Source: Eledone cirrhosa
Taxonomy: Eukaryota
Assembly (NCBI GenBank): GCA_964016885.1
Contig: OZ024741.1
Span: 63,860,001 to 63,924,000 of the forward strand
Direction of reading: 5' to 3'
DNA: 64,000 nucleotides
Shown here: positions 21,261-40,045 of the stretch, in pieces
Layout: every line of letters begins with the position of its first letter
Position numbering within the stretch: position 1 is the first letter of the stretch
Translations under genes and position numbers: made by a program
Notes under the pieces: model-generated
What the model saw: only the letters and a program-made list of their open reading frames with translations
Told to the model about the DNA's origin: nothing
Database searches by the model: none

Positions 21261-21861
21261 GTGTCGGTGTGTGTGTGTTTGTGTGTTTGTGTGTGTATAT
21301 GTGTGTTTGTGTGTATATATTTATACTTGCGTGAGTGTATTTGTGTTTGCGTGAATATATTTATACGTATGTGTGTGTATATGTGTCAGTGTATGTGCGT
21401 TTGTCTGTTTTTATAACTTTTGTGATTAAATGTGTGTTCGTGTGTTTATATCACACGTGTGAGTGTATGTGTGTTGTGTGGATATATTTATACTTGTGTG
21501 AGTGTATGTGTGTTGTGTGGATATATTCATACTTGTGTGAGTGTGTGTGTGTTTCCGTGTTTATATTTATATATTTATACATATAAATGTATACACATGC
21601 ATATGTTAGTTGCGGATAGTTTATCCACAAAGACATTTATAATAAAAGAATTACTAAACTAAAAATTTGCTGTTGTCCCCTTTTTATATCTAAAATACTA
21701 CAATTAGCCATTCGACGGTACGGGGCCAGCAAGTATGTTATAACTTCTAGGGCTAGGGAAGAGTAGTTACAACTGGTCACTGTTTTCTGAATTTCGTCAC
21801 CACCCTCTTCCTCCCTCAGTCATCTTCCTATCAGTGAGTGACGGACAAATTATTAATATAA

Positions 21862-22165
21862 TAATTGTTTCTACTTTTGGCACAAGGCCAGCAATTATCT
21901 CAGTGCATTACTGCTACATTTATTTTATCGACCAATAATATTACTAAAACCAATAGGGAAGTGGATTGGCATATCGATAGAGCATCGAACTACATGCTTT
22001 ATGGCATATGATTATCCGAGTTCAAATCCTGCCAATGTTAGCTTTTCCTTTCATCCTTACAGGGTCGATAAGATAAAGTACCAGTAATGCACTGAAGTCG
22101 ATTTAATCGACTTTCCCCATCCCCTAAAATGATTGACCTTGTGCCTAAATCAGAAACCATCAATA
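21862..22165. mobile_element. Two SINE family 1 remnants (21862-21932 minus, 21956-22165 plus)
   Basis: Family match, more diverged. Confidence 0.78.
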
Positions 22166-23117
22166 GTAAAACCATTGTATATAAAGAACTATTAAATTAA
22201 TGGTTTAAATTATGGTTATGATAATTAATGATCTCATATTTCACATCATGCAATTATGAAATAGATATATGTGAGAGTTATTATTGCCTGAGTTTTCAAC
22301 CACTGGAAAAACCGTTCACAGAATTTATGATTTCAATTTCACTTGGAAACTACCACAGGTTATAAATTATTTGCTTTTCTCAACTATATTATATCTTTCC
22401 TTTTTACGTGAATTCTATTTCGGTGTATCTCTGTCAATGCCTCTTATCGTGTTATTTCTATTCTATTCTATACAAGTGTTCATCGTGTTGGCTTTTTTTT
22501 TAAATATAACTTCACTATATTTATCTCGTTGCCCACCACTTTTCATTTCACTTTCTATTTCCTATATTGTATCGATCTATTACGATAGATAATACCTCGT
22601 ATTAAAGCCTATTTCTCCAACATCTATTTCACACTCTCCGTCTCTTTCATTCGCATTTCCTATCTTTATTTCCGCCATCATCTTTATTTCCTTTATGATA
22701 TATTTTCGCTCATGTTTTAAACATAATGTAGCCGACAACATTCAAATATTACGCTTAAATCAGCATTAATCAACACTAGAAGAATATATGAAGAGTTTGC
22801 GATATGAGCACGGAAGAAATGAAGAGTTTGATAAATAAAAAACAAATGATAGTGCACGCAAATGGTACAATTAAACGATGTCATATTTAGGGAAAAGTAT
22901 TATCTTCAAATAGATCCTCAAACTACGGGTGGCAAGTAATTTTATTTTCAACGAAATTTGTAATTCACATCATCAGTTTCTTCAAAAATCTTCATATAAA
23001 CTGCTCGACATACTTTGTGCTAGAAAGGAGCTTTTATTCAAAGTAATATACAATCACCGTATTGATTATACACACGTCCCCCCCCCATCACCACCACACA
23101 ATATATATATATACATA

Positions 23118-23730
23118 CATGATGGCTGCCTCCTCGTTATCGAGTATGGCCATTGCACGATATACCATTATTAATATTATTAATTAATTCTATCGTGCAA
23201 TACCTGTGGATGAAGATATTTTTTGACGTGAGGAAAGACTGTGCACTGAGCCAATCTCACTCTCTGAGCGACAGTAGCTATAAGCCGAAAAGAAGAAAAG
23301 ATCAACATCATCGGTAACTACTGAGTCGCAGGTTTTATATCGGAGTTATCCCAGTTTCCTGAGTTGCCTTCTCCTAGAAGAATGCCCTGACAAAGGCTAG
23401 GGATCCTTCACTCCCAGTGGTTTAACCGCGCGATCGGATGTCCAGCCTGACTATTTCTATGTCCCCGCGCATATACATACACATGCACCTACATATACAT
23501 ACACATACATATGTACATGTGTATATACATATTTTTGGATGGCCGTTGACTCTTATGAGTTCTTCCGCCCTTTGTCAGGTTTTGTTTTTTGTCCTGTAGG
23601 ATGTCCAAAATCACCCTCCTCACCAAGCAAACTTGTGGGGTTGCCGGTTTAGTCGCCGACGATCCAACCATGCGACAGGTTGTACTGGGTTACATGTTAC
23701 CAGTAGCATTCAAGAGTGACCCGACATAGA
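23118..23730 (-). mobile_element. Probable non-autonomous RTE-derived element in a (TACA)n context
   Basis: 5' part (GGGTCACTCTTGAATGCTACTGGTAACATG..GGTGAGGAGGGTG..GAGTCAACGGCCATCC) resembles RTE/BovB-like 5' UTRs as I recall them; no ORF; its 5' tip recurs at 2620-2701. Confidence 0.5.
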
Positions 23731-23947
23731 TACATACATACATACATACATACATACATACATACATACATACATACATACATACATACATACATGCATA
23801 CATACATATGCATGGGTATATGTCTGAATCTATAAATCTGTGTATGTATATAAGAAGTTATAACTTAGTTATATAATCGATTATATAATATATGTATAAC
23901 TCTGCTGTGTGTGTAGTTTTTCATTAGTAATTAATCTCCATGCGTAC

Positions 23948-23986
<39 letters not shown>

Positions 23987-24355
23987 TGTTTCTACTTTAG
24001 GCACAAGGCCAACAATGATCCAGTACATTACTGGTACTTTATTTTATCGACCCTGTAAGGATGAAAGGAAAAGTTAACCTCGACGGGATTTGAACTCAGA
24101 CCGTAAAGAGACGTAACTATGCTGGAAAGCATGGCGTCCGACCCTCTATCGATACTGCCAATTCACCGCTCTATATATAATAGTAGTACACTGGGACGGT
24201 TATATCTGTAGTAGTAGAGCACTCAGTCCATGGGACGAGTTTGGTAGAAGTGGTTCCACAACAGTTAATTCACCATTACCGGGAACAGTTGTTTCACCTT
24301 ATTCGCATCATCAGCTCAGTTTAAATGAGGTTGTACGGAAAAGGAAAAATCAACT
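23647..24355 (-). repeat. Near-identical inverted duplicate of 2006-2701
   Basis: Composite block (PLE 3' piece, SINE, (ATT)n, (GTAT)n, RTE-like tip) in reverse complement 21 kb away. Confidence 0.93.
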
Positions 24356-24499
24356 TTATTTTATCGACCCCGTAAGGATGAAAGGCAAAGTCAACCTTGG
24401 CAGGATTTGAACTCAGATCATAAAGGGACGTAACTATGCTGTAAAGCATGGCGTCCGACCCTCTACTGATACTGCCAATCCACCGGTTGATCCACCGGT

Positions 24500-24500
<1 letters not shown>
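24356..24500 (-). mobile_element. SINE family 1, tail missing
   Basis: Family match; joined directly to the duplicated block. Confidence 0.85.
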
Positions 24501-24543
<43 letters not shown>

Positions 24544-24546
<3 letters not shown>

Positions 24547-25062
24547 GTAAACAATTTACCACATTCTGAGAAATGGTATGAGCATAGGCCAGAGGCGGTG
24601 ATGGAGAACAATCAGGTGAAGGTGCTGTGGGATTTTAGGATACAGACGGACAAAAAACTGGAACACAATAGACCTGACCTGGTGGTTGTGGACAAAGAAA
24701 AAAGATCGTGTCTGATTGTGGATGTGGCCTGCCCGTTCGACACGAGAGTGCAAGAGAAGGAGAGGAAGAAAATTAACCGATACCAGGACCTAAAGTGGGA
24801 GGTGAAAAGGATCTGGAACTGCCATGAAGTCAAAGTGATCCCGATTGTCATAGGCGCACTGGGGACTATCTCCCAAAGTTTCCAGGGATGGTTAAAGAAA
24901 ATCGGCCCCTTCACGCTTTTTGGAACGCTTCAAAAGGCATGCTTGCTTGGAACAGCAAGAACCCTCCGATACGTCCTGAATATCTGAGGCTGCAGGTAGT
25001 GGCTTGATATTCAATCCAACGGACTTTCCAGTTAACCAACATCAATGACTGAGATTCAAGGA
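24544..25062 (+). mobile_element. Dong/R4-clade element copy 1 (3' 0.5 kb)
   Basis: RLE C-terminus plus 3' UTR nearly identical to 28172-28690; (AAT)n on both sides. Confidence 0.92.
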
Positions 25063-25070
25063 ATAACAAC

Positions 25071-30040
<4,970 letters not shown>

Positions 30041-30041
30041 C

Positions 30042-30101
<60 letters not shown>

Positions 30102-30106
<5 letters not shown>

Positions 30107-30373
30107 TATCCTCAAAGCAACAGCAAATACGGTGAGGAAACTACTTGGTATAAAAGCCAGAGGAAACAACAGACAAGAAAGAGCAGAGCCTTGGTGGAAG
30201 AAACGACTGAGTGGTCAAATCAGGGTAATGAGAAATGACATTGGAAAGCTTGAGTCCCTACTGAATGGGACACTAAAAAACATAGACACTAAAAATAGAC
30301 TGCAGGTAGTGGCTTGATATTCATTTCAACAAACTTTCCAGTTAACTAACATCAATGAACTGAGACTCAAAGA
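30102..30373 (+). mobile_element. Dong/R4 copy 4, internally deleted mini-copy
   Basis: About 200 bp equivalent to 25898-26098 fused through CTG to the 3' UTR. Confidence 0.88.
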
Positions 30374-30609
30374 GTAATAACAATAATAATAATAATAATA
30401 ATAATGATTTCTTTATTAACCACAAGGGTTTACATAAAGTCGACATTAAGGACAATACAGGACAATACAGGGCGGTACAAATGGGCATTTATGCGTGTAA
30501 AAAAAACAAGAAACAGAGGATGTAATAATAGAACAATGAAAAAATTCCCCAATGGGGGGGAGACTTCCTAGGGACATTGGTGGAGAAAGCCCATTAAAAA
30601 GCCACAGTG

Positions 30610-33600
30610 ACTCTGACCACCAGTGCAAGTGCCCTCTCCCAGTTTTCCACCTTTAATTTACAGACACATACTCAGAGTACGCCCATTCACTCGGGCCATT
30701 CTTGCTCCTCTCACCCATCTTTCAACAAAATGCTGGGAAAAGAGCACTTCCCTTTCTACCCGGATTTTCCTTTTCAAATGAAATTTGATAAAGTTAATCA
30801 GGGCATCACCGAAGAGGTAAGTGCTCGTCTTCAGCCCTTTCAAACGTGTCCACCATACTATCTCTTTCGCCATGGCCACCAGACAGATAAAAACTGCCTG
30901 CCCTTCCCGGTTTCCTCGCCCTGCGCGCATCTCGGACATGCCCGGCTGACGGCACCTCCATGCCTGTAGAGTCTATCCCGAACTGGCAAAGCTCCTCGGT
31001 AGCACTGCCAGGCCAGGGATTTCTGGAAGTTGTCGATAGGCCCCGGCCCGAAAGTTCTTCCGAAGAGATTGGCTAGTTGATTTTCGTCAACGCCTAGAGT
31101 TTCCCCAAGTACGTCGTCGCTCTTCCCCTCCACTAATCCTCTATAGAATGCCAAGGTGGAGTTTCCACCGATTACATTGCCCGATTGGTCGAGGGCTGTG
31201 AGCGCCTGAAGACATTCCAGTCTCCAAGCGCTCCCTCTCGGTCTTCGCTTGACCCAGGACTGCAGCTCCGTCAAGGAGATGAGCTGGGGAAAGACGTGTC
31301 TTGCAAACGGAGACCGCACCTGATCACCCTCGAGGAAGAGGTGGAGATGTCGTAGCCTGAGCGCGTGTCTGCGCATCATCAGCCACGACATACCCAGCCC
31401 TCTACGTAGCGGGTGTTGACAGCAGATGGACCGCCTGACCATCGGAGCGCGTCCCTTCCACAAAAAGCGAAAGAGCAAACGCTCCAGCGCAGTCAGGCGG
31501 AGCTTAGGACAAGGTACGACGGTCAGGCGGTAGTAGATGACGGACGCGATATACGCGTTAGCCACCTCCGCTCGACCTTTCAGGGATAGATTCCTCTCGG
31601 CCTATTTCTGCGTGAGAGAAGCCACCCTGCTCGTCACCTCGTCCCAGCATTTGTCCGTCTGGAGATCCGGACCGAACCAGACCACGAACAATTTAACTGG
31701 TGCGTCCGTCCAGCGCCCGACGACGCTGTTGGACGGCATGGACCTGCCTCTCCAGGTGCCGAGCTGCAGGCCCACTGACTTTTCCTGGTTGATCATTGCT
31801 CCTGTCACCGCTTTGTATTCTCTTAGTGTAGTGCCGATCGCCTCGATGTGTTTGGCGTTCGACACCACTACAGTGACATCGTCCGCATATGCTGACACGG
31901 ATCTTCCGCATCCTAGTTCGCGCGGGACCCCCCTCAACGTCTCCAGTTTGTGCAGTAATGGCTCGAGAGTCAATACGTACAAGAGGGACGAGAGGGGACA
32001 TCCTTGGCGGACCGAGCGCATGATGTTGAACGGTTCCGAAAGGTGACCGTTCACTCTCACCACAGAGCAGATCTCGCTGTGCATGGCAGCGATCCAGCCT
32101 CTGAAGACGGGCCCAAAGCCAGCCGCCCTCAGGACTGCCGCTAGGTAACGATGGTCGACCCTATCGAAAGCTTTCGACTGATCTACATTGATCAAGGACC
32201 CACCCGTGCCAGGTTCCCTAGCTACCCTCTCTACGATGTATCGCATGAGGTGGAGGTTGTCGTGGAGGTTGTCGTGGATGGATCTGTTGGGAATGGCGCA
32301 TGTCTGCGCCTCTCCCACCAGACCACCAACGACAAGCGCCAACCACTTTGCTAGCACCTTGGCCAAAATCTTGAACTCTGTGTTTAACAGAGTTATGGGC
32401 CTAAAATTATCTATGTTATCCCCCTTGTTCGGATCGTTTCTCAGCAGCGCCACAGCTCCTCGGCTCACAGAGCTGGGAATTCTCCCATTCTGTTGCCAGT
32501 TTCAGTAGACGTCCGCCAAGAGGCCTCCGAACAAGTCTGGCATATGTACGTAAAGTTCATAGGGCAGACCATCCAACCAGGCGATTTACCCCTTGTGCAG
32601 CCAGTCATTGCCTCCCTTACTTCAGCGGCTGTTATCGGCTTTTCGCAACACTCCGCCTCAGTGGCCGAGAGCCGCGGCAGTCCGTTGAGGTAGACACTAA
32701 AGTCCATCCCTCGATCCGGCCCGCCGCTGCCCCCGAACAACTGAGCGAAGTGTCGCTGGAAAGCTTCACACATTTGCCCGGGATCGAGTAGCATGCGCCC
32801 GTCGTGGTCCACCAAAGACCAGATCGTGGCTTTGTTGCCACGATGCGCCTCCGCCACTCGGGCCCATTGAACGGCTTTCGTCCCCTCGTGTCTGAGAGCA
32901 CGCACCCTAGCTCTGACAACGCAGCCTTCGTGCTTTGCATTGAAGAATTGGTCAAGGGCCAATTTCGCCGCAAGTACGTCGGTCACGATGCCTTTGCTAA
33001 TTTGCGCCTCGTCTAATTTTCTAACTAATTCTCCCTCTGCTCTATTTTTCTCTATTGCTAAAGCCTTACTAAACCTAATGGACTCTATTCTAATTGCTCT
33101 TTTCAGAGCAAACCACCACTTGTTGTTGACGATGGCCCCCGTCAACGCCCGCTTAACTAGTTCGCTAATCCGGTCTCTGTAGGCCTTGCACGCTGGTAAG
33201 GACGCGTTTAGCTTCCAGTAGCCGGGTCCTCGTCTATGAAGCCTATCTAAGTCAAGCACACAGATCACGAATTTGTGGTACGTGTAGCTGACTATCTTGA
33301 ATTGTGGACAGCCTATGCTAGACCTATCTATTTCTCTACAAAATACTCTATCTAGATATGATCTGGATGACCCTATGAGATTTGTCCAAGTCCACATTGG
33401 CACATTCGGGAAATCCAATCGGTAACTGTCAGACAGTTCAAAACACCTGAGCAGGTTGGTCAGGCTCTTGCGCCCTCCTCCCCTATCCGCTAATCCCACA
33501 CAGTCCCAGCGTGCATCTAAGATCCCGTTCCAGTCGCCCACTAACACTAAAGAGCGGGACGTTCCAAGAAAGGTCTCCAGACGCTGGAAGAAATCAGGCC

Positions 33601-33955
33601 GCCCTGCTCCTGTCGGGGCATAGACGGCCACTAGCCTGAAAGCTTGCCCGTCTCCGCAGGTCACGTCTAGCACCACCAACTTACCTTCTGGGTCCAGGAA
33701 GATGGCCCGTATGGCGAGATCCAAACCTCTCCGAAAAAGCACAGCAACTCCTCCCCCCGATCCAGGACGGCTGGGAGATGCGTACACATTGTAGCCGCCG
33801 AAGATCGGTGCAAAGGCCCGAGCTTCGGAGATTCTGGTCTCACTGATGGCCACTACATCTATGTTTAGTGACCTGAGGTCGTTGAGCAGGTGGCCCTGCT
33901 TCCATGACGACCCCAAGCCACGCGCATTTATGCTGCCTATTCTGAGTGAGGTCAT
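30610..33955 (-). pseudogene. Tx1/L1 ORF2: APE endonuclease + RT + Cys motif, frameshifted
   Basis: SINARGL, AISET, AVYAP, VGDWN, SYLDR, GPGYWKLN; FRPITLLN, DQSKAFDRVDH, VRQGCPLS, AYADD; CPRC. Split across three or more frames; the expected SDH reads TYH. Confidence 0.9.
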
Positions 33956-34125
33956 GTTGAAATGGAGTGCAAAAGATGGGAAGACCACTTACCTTACTTC
34001 TCGTAGAGGAAGGATGGTTTGTCCATCCTTTTCACTGCTTGTGGCCTCCTCCGGAAGGATGTCCTTATAAATCCTCCTGGAGAGTGTTTGTCGGAAGTCT
34101 CCGATGTCTTTGGGGAATTTTTGTT

Positions 34126-35904
34126 TTAGTGTCGTGTACGTTTTCTGTGTGATGCGAGTGATTTGTATGTGTGGGGTGGTGTGAACTTTTGGGTTGTTGT
34201 GTAGTCTTTTTCTGTGATGCTGGTGTTGTGTTGCATGTAGTGTAATAAGTGGTTGTTGTTCAAATTTAATGCTGTGTAGTGTGTATCGTTTTGGTTGTTT
34301 TGTTTTGTTTGCGTTTGTTGTGGGTTTGTTTCTGTTACGCTTTTTGGTGACTTTTGTGGTGTTGGTGATGGTGATGTTGGGATTAATGATGATGATGGTG
34401 TTGGTGTTTGTGGTGATGGGGTTGGTGATGCTGGTGTGGATGGTGGCATATCTGTCTTAATTTTCTTGTTCGATAATGTATTTGTTTCCCTCTGTATTTT
34501 GTTTTTTGAGGGGGAAGGAAGAGAATTTTTTCTTTTTTGGTTTCTCCTTTTTTTCCTGATACCGTTTCCCACTCCTCGTCGTCACAATCTGTCTCCAGTT
34601 GTGATAGGCCGGGCAGAAGAAAATCCTCCACAGGCGTTAGTTTTGGTTGTGGCGTGGTGGATGGTGTAGGCGCTGGTGTTAGTTCTGGCGCGTTTGGTGG
34701 TGTTGGTTTTGCTACTGTTGCTGGGGTTGTTGCTGTTACAGTTGCTTCTGTTGTTGCTGCTACAGTTGTTGCTGCTATTTCTGCTGCTGGTGGTGTTGAT
34801 GGTTGAGTCACTGGGGTGGGTAAGAGAGGTGGCCTCAACCTTTAAGCCTGAGAGCAGAAAGCCCTTAGGTGGGTTCCTTCACCACAAACGACACACCTAC
34901 GTCTTATGCCCTCGACGATTACGGTGAGGTGGCTGCCGTCAGTGAGGTCTATTATTTCTGGGATCTCCTCAATGCTTTTATGGTCCGCTTGGATCAGGAA
35001 CTCCATCCCAGATCCGGACCAGTTCTCTTGCTTTTCTCTTGCTATTTCTATTATTTTGGTGTTGGCCTCAATGCCGGCGAGGACGGCAGCCATTAGCCAG
35101 GGAATTTCGATGGCCGGTGGAACGTGGGTCACCCTGATCTTCACAAGTCTCTGGCCACAATAGCTTGGGATGAGTGTGAAGTCGTCACTTCTTAATGGGG
35201 CCATGGAGTGTTCTCTTGCCTCCTGTGGTGTTTCAAAGAACACGTCCACGGTTCCATACTTCTGCCCACGTCTGATGTGGGTTTTATTTGCCCACACATG
35301 TCCCAAAGCATTTTGGATTTGGAACTCAGATGCCCGTTCCACTCGGCGTGATTTTATGTTTATTGTCCGATAAGACACGGTGCATAGGCGACGTTGCTCC
35401 ATTTTATTAGGTGGGGGTGAGGCTGACCCTGTACCCATCTTTCTTTACCATTCCTTTGGCTTCGTCTAATTATTCCTGGGTTACCTGGATCGCTTCGCAC
35501 GTTTTTGCTACTCTGGCAAAACTCAGGGTAGTTTTCTTAATTTCATTGTTGCTGTTGTTATTATCGTTATTTTTGCTATTGCTAATTTTAGTTTCAGTTG
35601 TGGTGGTGGTGGCGTCAGTGGTGTTCGGTGTGGAAGAGTTTATTTTGGTTGAATTCATTTCGATATCATGAGTTAATTTATTTATTTTTTATTTTGTTTC
35701 TGTTGTCGCTGTGGTGGTGGTGGTAGTGGTGGCTTTAACACCTGCAGTCATTGGTAATGGCGGGAAATGAACGTCTGCCTGAGACAAATTTAAAATATTG
35801 CTACTGCTTACAATTCCAGTGTTGGCAAACGTAGCAATATTTACAATGGTGGTGTCGGTTTGAGGTGTTGGATTGTGAGGAAGGAGTGAATCTGAGTCAT
35901 CCAT
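34126..35904 (-). pseudogene. Tx1/L1 ORF1 (zinc knuckle plus low-complexity Thr/Pro region), fragmented
   Basis: SFARVAK; CVVCGEGTHLRAFC CCHC knuckle in 34842-35438; EEWETVSGKK; several frameshifts or stops. Confidence 0.78.
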
Positions 35905-36121
35905 TATTTTTCAAAGAAAAAATTTTTTGTTTGATAATTATAAAAAGTTTAAATTTTGGGCTCAAGGCCCCAATATTTTTGAGTGTCCTTTTCAGAAATC
36001 AATGTATGTGCACTTATATATAGTTAACAATACAAATTTTCCATAAATGGCAATTTTAAATAACTGAAAATAACAAACCTTTGCGGAGTTCACGATGATA
36101 CGATTTACTACGTAGGTCGCC

Positions 36122-36169
<48 letters not shown>

Positions 36170-37951
36170 TTCTTGGATCACCAAAAGCCTAGAGATCTTC
36201 AAGGTGGCAGATAACATCAGACAGTTGTTGGGCAAAAGTATGAAGTCCTGGAAAACAGAGTTAACATCAGCTGGAGAATCCTTGGGAGGCGTGACGATCA
36301 AGAGAGGTATCTTCCAGGGAGATAGTCTGTCCCCTCTGTTGTTTGTCCTTGCCCTGATGCCCCTGACAATTATACTGCAAAAAGTAAGAGCAGGATACAA
36401 GTTGGGAAAGGGAGGGCTTACCATCTTTCACCTCCTCTTCATGGACGATCTTAAGCTCTTCGGGAAGAGTGAGAAGGAGTTGGATGTGCTTGTTGACATG
36501 GCCGTACTTTCAGCAATGATATATGTATGCAATTTGGTATTAGTAAGTGTGGAGTCCTTGTGGTGAAGAGGGGTAAATTGAGCAGAAGCAACGGAATCCA
36601 GGTACCAACAGGTGAGATGATAAAGGAAATTGACACTGAAGAAGGATACAAGTATTTGGGTGTTCTGGAGGCTGATGACATCAAGAACAGAAAAATGAAG
36701 GGATTGATAAGATCTGAATACATTCGGAGAGTAAGGAGCATATTAAAGTCACATCTGAACAGTAGGAATGCCATAAGTGCAGTAAATTCCCGAGCTGTGT
36801 CTATTATTAGATACAGTGCGGGAATTCTGAGATGGAATGTTGCTGAACAAAAAGAAATGGATAGGAAGGCTAGGAAGCTATTGACTATCTACAACATGTT
36901 CCACAAGAGGAGTGATGTCGATAGCCTCTACTTAAGGAGATCTGAAGGTGGAAGAGGTCTTATCAGCATAGAGGACTGTGTTCAGATGGAGAAAAACAAC
37001 CTACACAAATACGTGACTGATAGTAAGGAGCCAATGCTCAGAATTGTACTGAAGGAGAGGACAATATACCAGGGGATGTCCAAGGAGGAAATAACAACAA
37101 GGAGAAAGAGCAGCCTTCATGAAAAATCCCTTCATAGTACCTTCTTTGAGAAAACTGAATTCAGAGATCCACAGACATGGAACTGGTTGAAAAGAGGAGA
37201 CCTTAAAAAGGCTACAACTGGAATGCTAATGGCTGCGCAGGAGCAGGCCCTCAAAACAAAGTGGTTGAAACACCATATTTACAAGGAGGAGGCTAGCCCA
37301 CTGTGCAGGATCTGTGGAAAGAGAGAGGAGACTGTGGCTCACATTGTATCCGAGTGTAAACACCTAGCCCAGACTCACTATAAAGGCTGGAGACATGATG
37401 TGATGGGCAGGGTGATCCACTGGCACCTATGCAAAGTAAACAATTTACCACATTCTGAGAAGTGGTATGAGCATAAGCCAGAGTCGGTGATAGAAAACGA
37501 TCAGGTGAAGGTGCTGTGGGATTTTAGGATACAGACGGACAAGAAACTGGAACACAATAGACCTGACCTGGTGGTTTTGGACAAGGAAAAAAGATCGTGC
37601 CTGATTGTGGATGTGGCCTGCCCATTCGACACGAGAGTGAAAGAGAAGGAGAGGTAGTAAATTAACCGATACCAGGACTTAAAGTGGGAGGTAAAAAGAT
37701 TTGGAACTGCCATGAATTCAAAGTGGTCCCGATTGTCATAGGCGCACTAAGTACTATCTCAAAAAGTTTCCAGTGATGGTTAAAGAAAATTGGCCCCGCC
37801 ACGCTTTTTGGAACGCTTCAAAAGGCATGCTTGCTGGGAACAGCAAGTACCCTCCGATACGTCCTGAATATCTGAGGCTGCAGGTAGTGGCTTGATATTC
37901 ATTTCAACAAACTTTCCAGTTAACTAACATCAATAACTGAGACTCAAAGAA
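36170..37951 (+). mobile_element. Dong/R4 copy 5, 5'-truncated, more diverged
   Basis: RT 3' half plus RLE (ORFs 36204-36566, 36527-37657); TAG TAA at 37655-37660; (AAT)n flanks. Confidence 0.92.
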
Positions 37952-37983
37952 CAATAATAATAATAATAATAATGATAATAATG

Positions 37984-38145
37984 ATTTCTATTATAGGCAC
38001 AAGGCCAGTAATTTAGGGGAGGGGAAATTCGATTAAATCGAGCCCAGTGCGTGACTGGTACTTTATTTTATCGACCCCGTAAGGAGGAGAGACAAAGTTA
38101 AACTAGGCGGGATTTGAACTCAGATCGTAAAGGGCCGTAATTCTA
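37984..38145 (-). mobile_element. SINE family 1 whose (ATT)n tail abuts the Dong array
   Basis: Family match; tail continuous with (AAT)n at 37952-37983. Confidence 0.82.
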
Positions 38146-38194
38146 AAGCTATCTCCCATCCCCCTTGCAATCGCTGTTGTCATCTATATTTTCA

Positions 38195-38470
38195 ATATCA
38201 TAAATTAGAGTGTTAATGAAATTAAGAGAATGGACACCAGAATCAGGAAACATTTGAACTGTAATAAAATACATGTACCAAAAGCAGATGTGGATCGCCT
38301 CTATCTCCCTAGTCAAAACGGATGTAGAGGAATGAACCAGTATAAGCTGTCATACAAGATATCAACTCTTGGACTCGATCAGTACCTTAAAACTACAGAT
38401 AACTGATGATGAAAATGGTCGCAGTTCACGAAAATAGATGAGATTACATTCAGTTACAAAAGATGATGTG
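38195..38470 (+). pseudogene. Old fragment of a different R4-clade element
   Basis: KRMDTRIRKHLNCNKIHVPKADVDRLYLPSQNGCRG parallels EMDRKTMKLLTIYNMFHKRSDVDRLYLRRSEGGRG of copy 2. Confidence 0.7.
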
Positions 38471-38950
38471 TGGGGTTAATACATTAAAAAGCGACTGACA
38501 GTGTGCTTAAAAATAGAAGAAGCAGTGAAATAAACAAATAAAAAATAAAAATTATGAAATAAAAAATTCAATACTCCAGTGTATGAATCTGATCATATAA
38601 ATGTTATATTTAAAATATACACCCAGAACATAGCAAAGCAGCCTGTGAGAGAAGGTTGTTACAAGACCAAAGCGTTATGCGGTTTTTATTAAAAAAAAAA
38701 CTTAATAAGAATCAGTGGTTAGGTGCTTCCATAGATGATGAGACGCAAAATCATGGATTTTTTATGAAAAGGAAAAGAAGGAAAAAAAGGGAAGCAAATG
38801 GAAAACTTTGTGGGTGCAATAATTGATTAATGAATATACAGATGTAGGCGAGGGGTACCAAACCAAAAAGATTTACATAACTTTTTACAAGGGAATTTAA
38901 GTGAGGAATTATCCGTTAAAACAATATAATCTATTTTTTAGGTAATTAAT

Positions 38951-39043
38951 TATTTCTACTTTTGGCACAAGGCCAGCAATTATCCCAGTCTATTACTGGT
39001 ACTTTATTTTATCGACCCCGTAGGGATGAAAGGCAAAGTTAAC
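38951..39043 (-). mobile_element. 5'-truncated SINE family 1 with 20-bp TSD
   Basis: CTATTTTTTAGGTAATTAAT at 38931-38950 and 39044-39063. Confidence 0.88.
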
Positions 39044-39291
39044 CTATTTTTTAGGTAATTAATGGTGGATAGATTAAATAGTAAGATTTTCCAGTGTCCA
39101 GATAAGCTTTAATTGTGTAATAAAGTTTATTAAATACTACCTCAATCATTGTTAAGTTTTCGATGGTAAAATAGCATGTTGAATGCTTTCAAATCAAGCG
39201 TGGTTTTTAATCGTTAAACAAAACCGGTGTAATCGGAGAACTGTAGGCCTAAGTATATTTAGCACGCTCAAAAATAATCCTAGTTCATACA

Positions 39292-39376
<85 letters not shown>

Positions 39377-39418
39377 TAAAATAATTTTATGGATTTTAGT
39401 CTTCAATTTTATTATTAT

Positions 39419-39489
<71 letters not shown>

Positions 39490-39767
39490 CATATATATAC
39501 TCACACAAAACTCGCATGTGTATACTTACACATATAGAGAAGGCTACACGTACTCACATCCACAGACATATATAAGAAAAATACATAGATATTTATACAA
39601 GCGCACACAGACACAAATACGTACGTGAAGAATTACTGTCCAGCAGGCTGTATGACTAACATATATAGACACTGGTCTGTTGGAGATGCAGGATATGGCA
39701 GCGATAATGAGGGACAGAGACCGCTGGAGAGAACTCGTCCATGGATCTCGGGAATTTTACCCGCCTT

Positions 39768-39819
<52 letters not shown>

Positions 39820-39823
<4 letters not shown>

Positions 39824-40045
39824 GGAAAAAATGAAACGAAATTTCATTTCTCACTCTTAGTACGGCTGTTACTTAAATATAAGTATGTATACGTACATAC
39901 ATATATGTATACAGACGTACAGTAGTATGTATATATATACATACATGCACACATATATATGTACGTATGGATTTACCGAACATTTATTATAATGCTCGGT
40001 TTGTTTGTAAACAAACAAACATCCCGAATTAAGCCGTACAGTGTT
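39820..40045 (-). repeat. Partial family A unit next to (TA)n
   Basis: Starts AAACGGAAAAAATGAAACG exactly as the 3425 array; HHR part absent. Confidence 0.88.

Larger units (their letters stand above)
30406..36121 (-). mobile_element. Tx1/L1-clade LINE, near full-length, degraded, inside (AAT)n
   Basis: Two-ORF layout; AATAAA just before the 3' (ATT)n; repeat on both flanks. Confidence 0.9.

Noticed and set aside
24448-24987. 179-aa ORF with poly-N, and 357-aa ORF 28673-29746 with poly-I, as novel fusion proteins
   Set aside because: Chance read-through from SINE or UTR through (AAT)n into truncated Dong copies.
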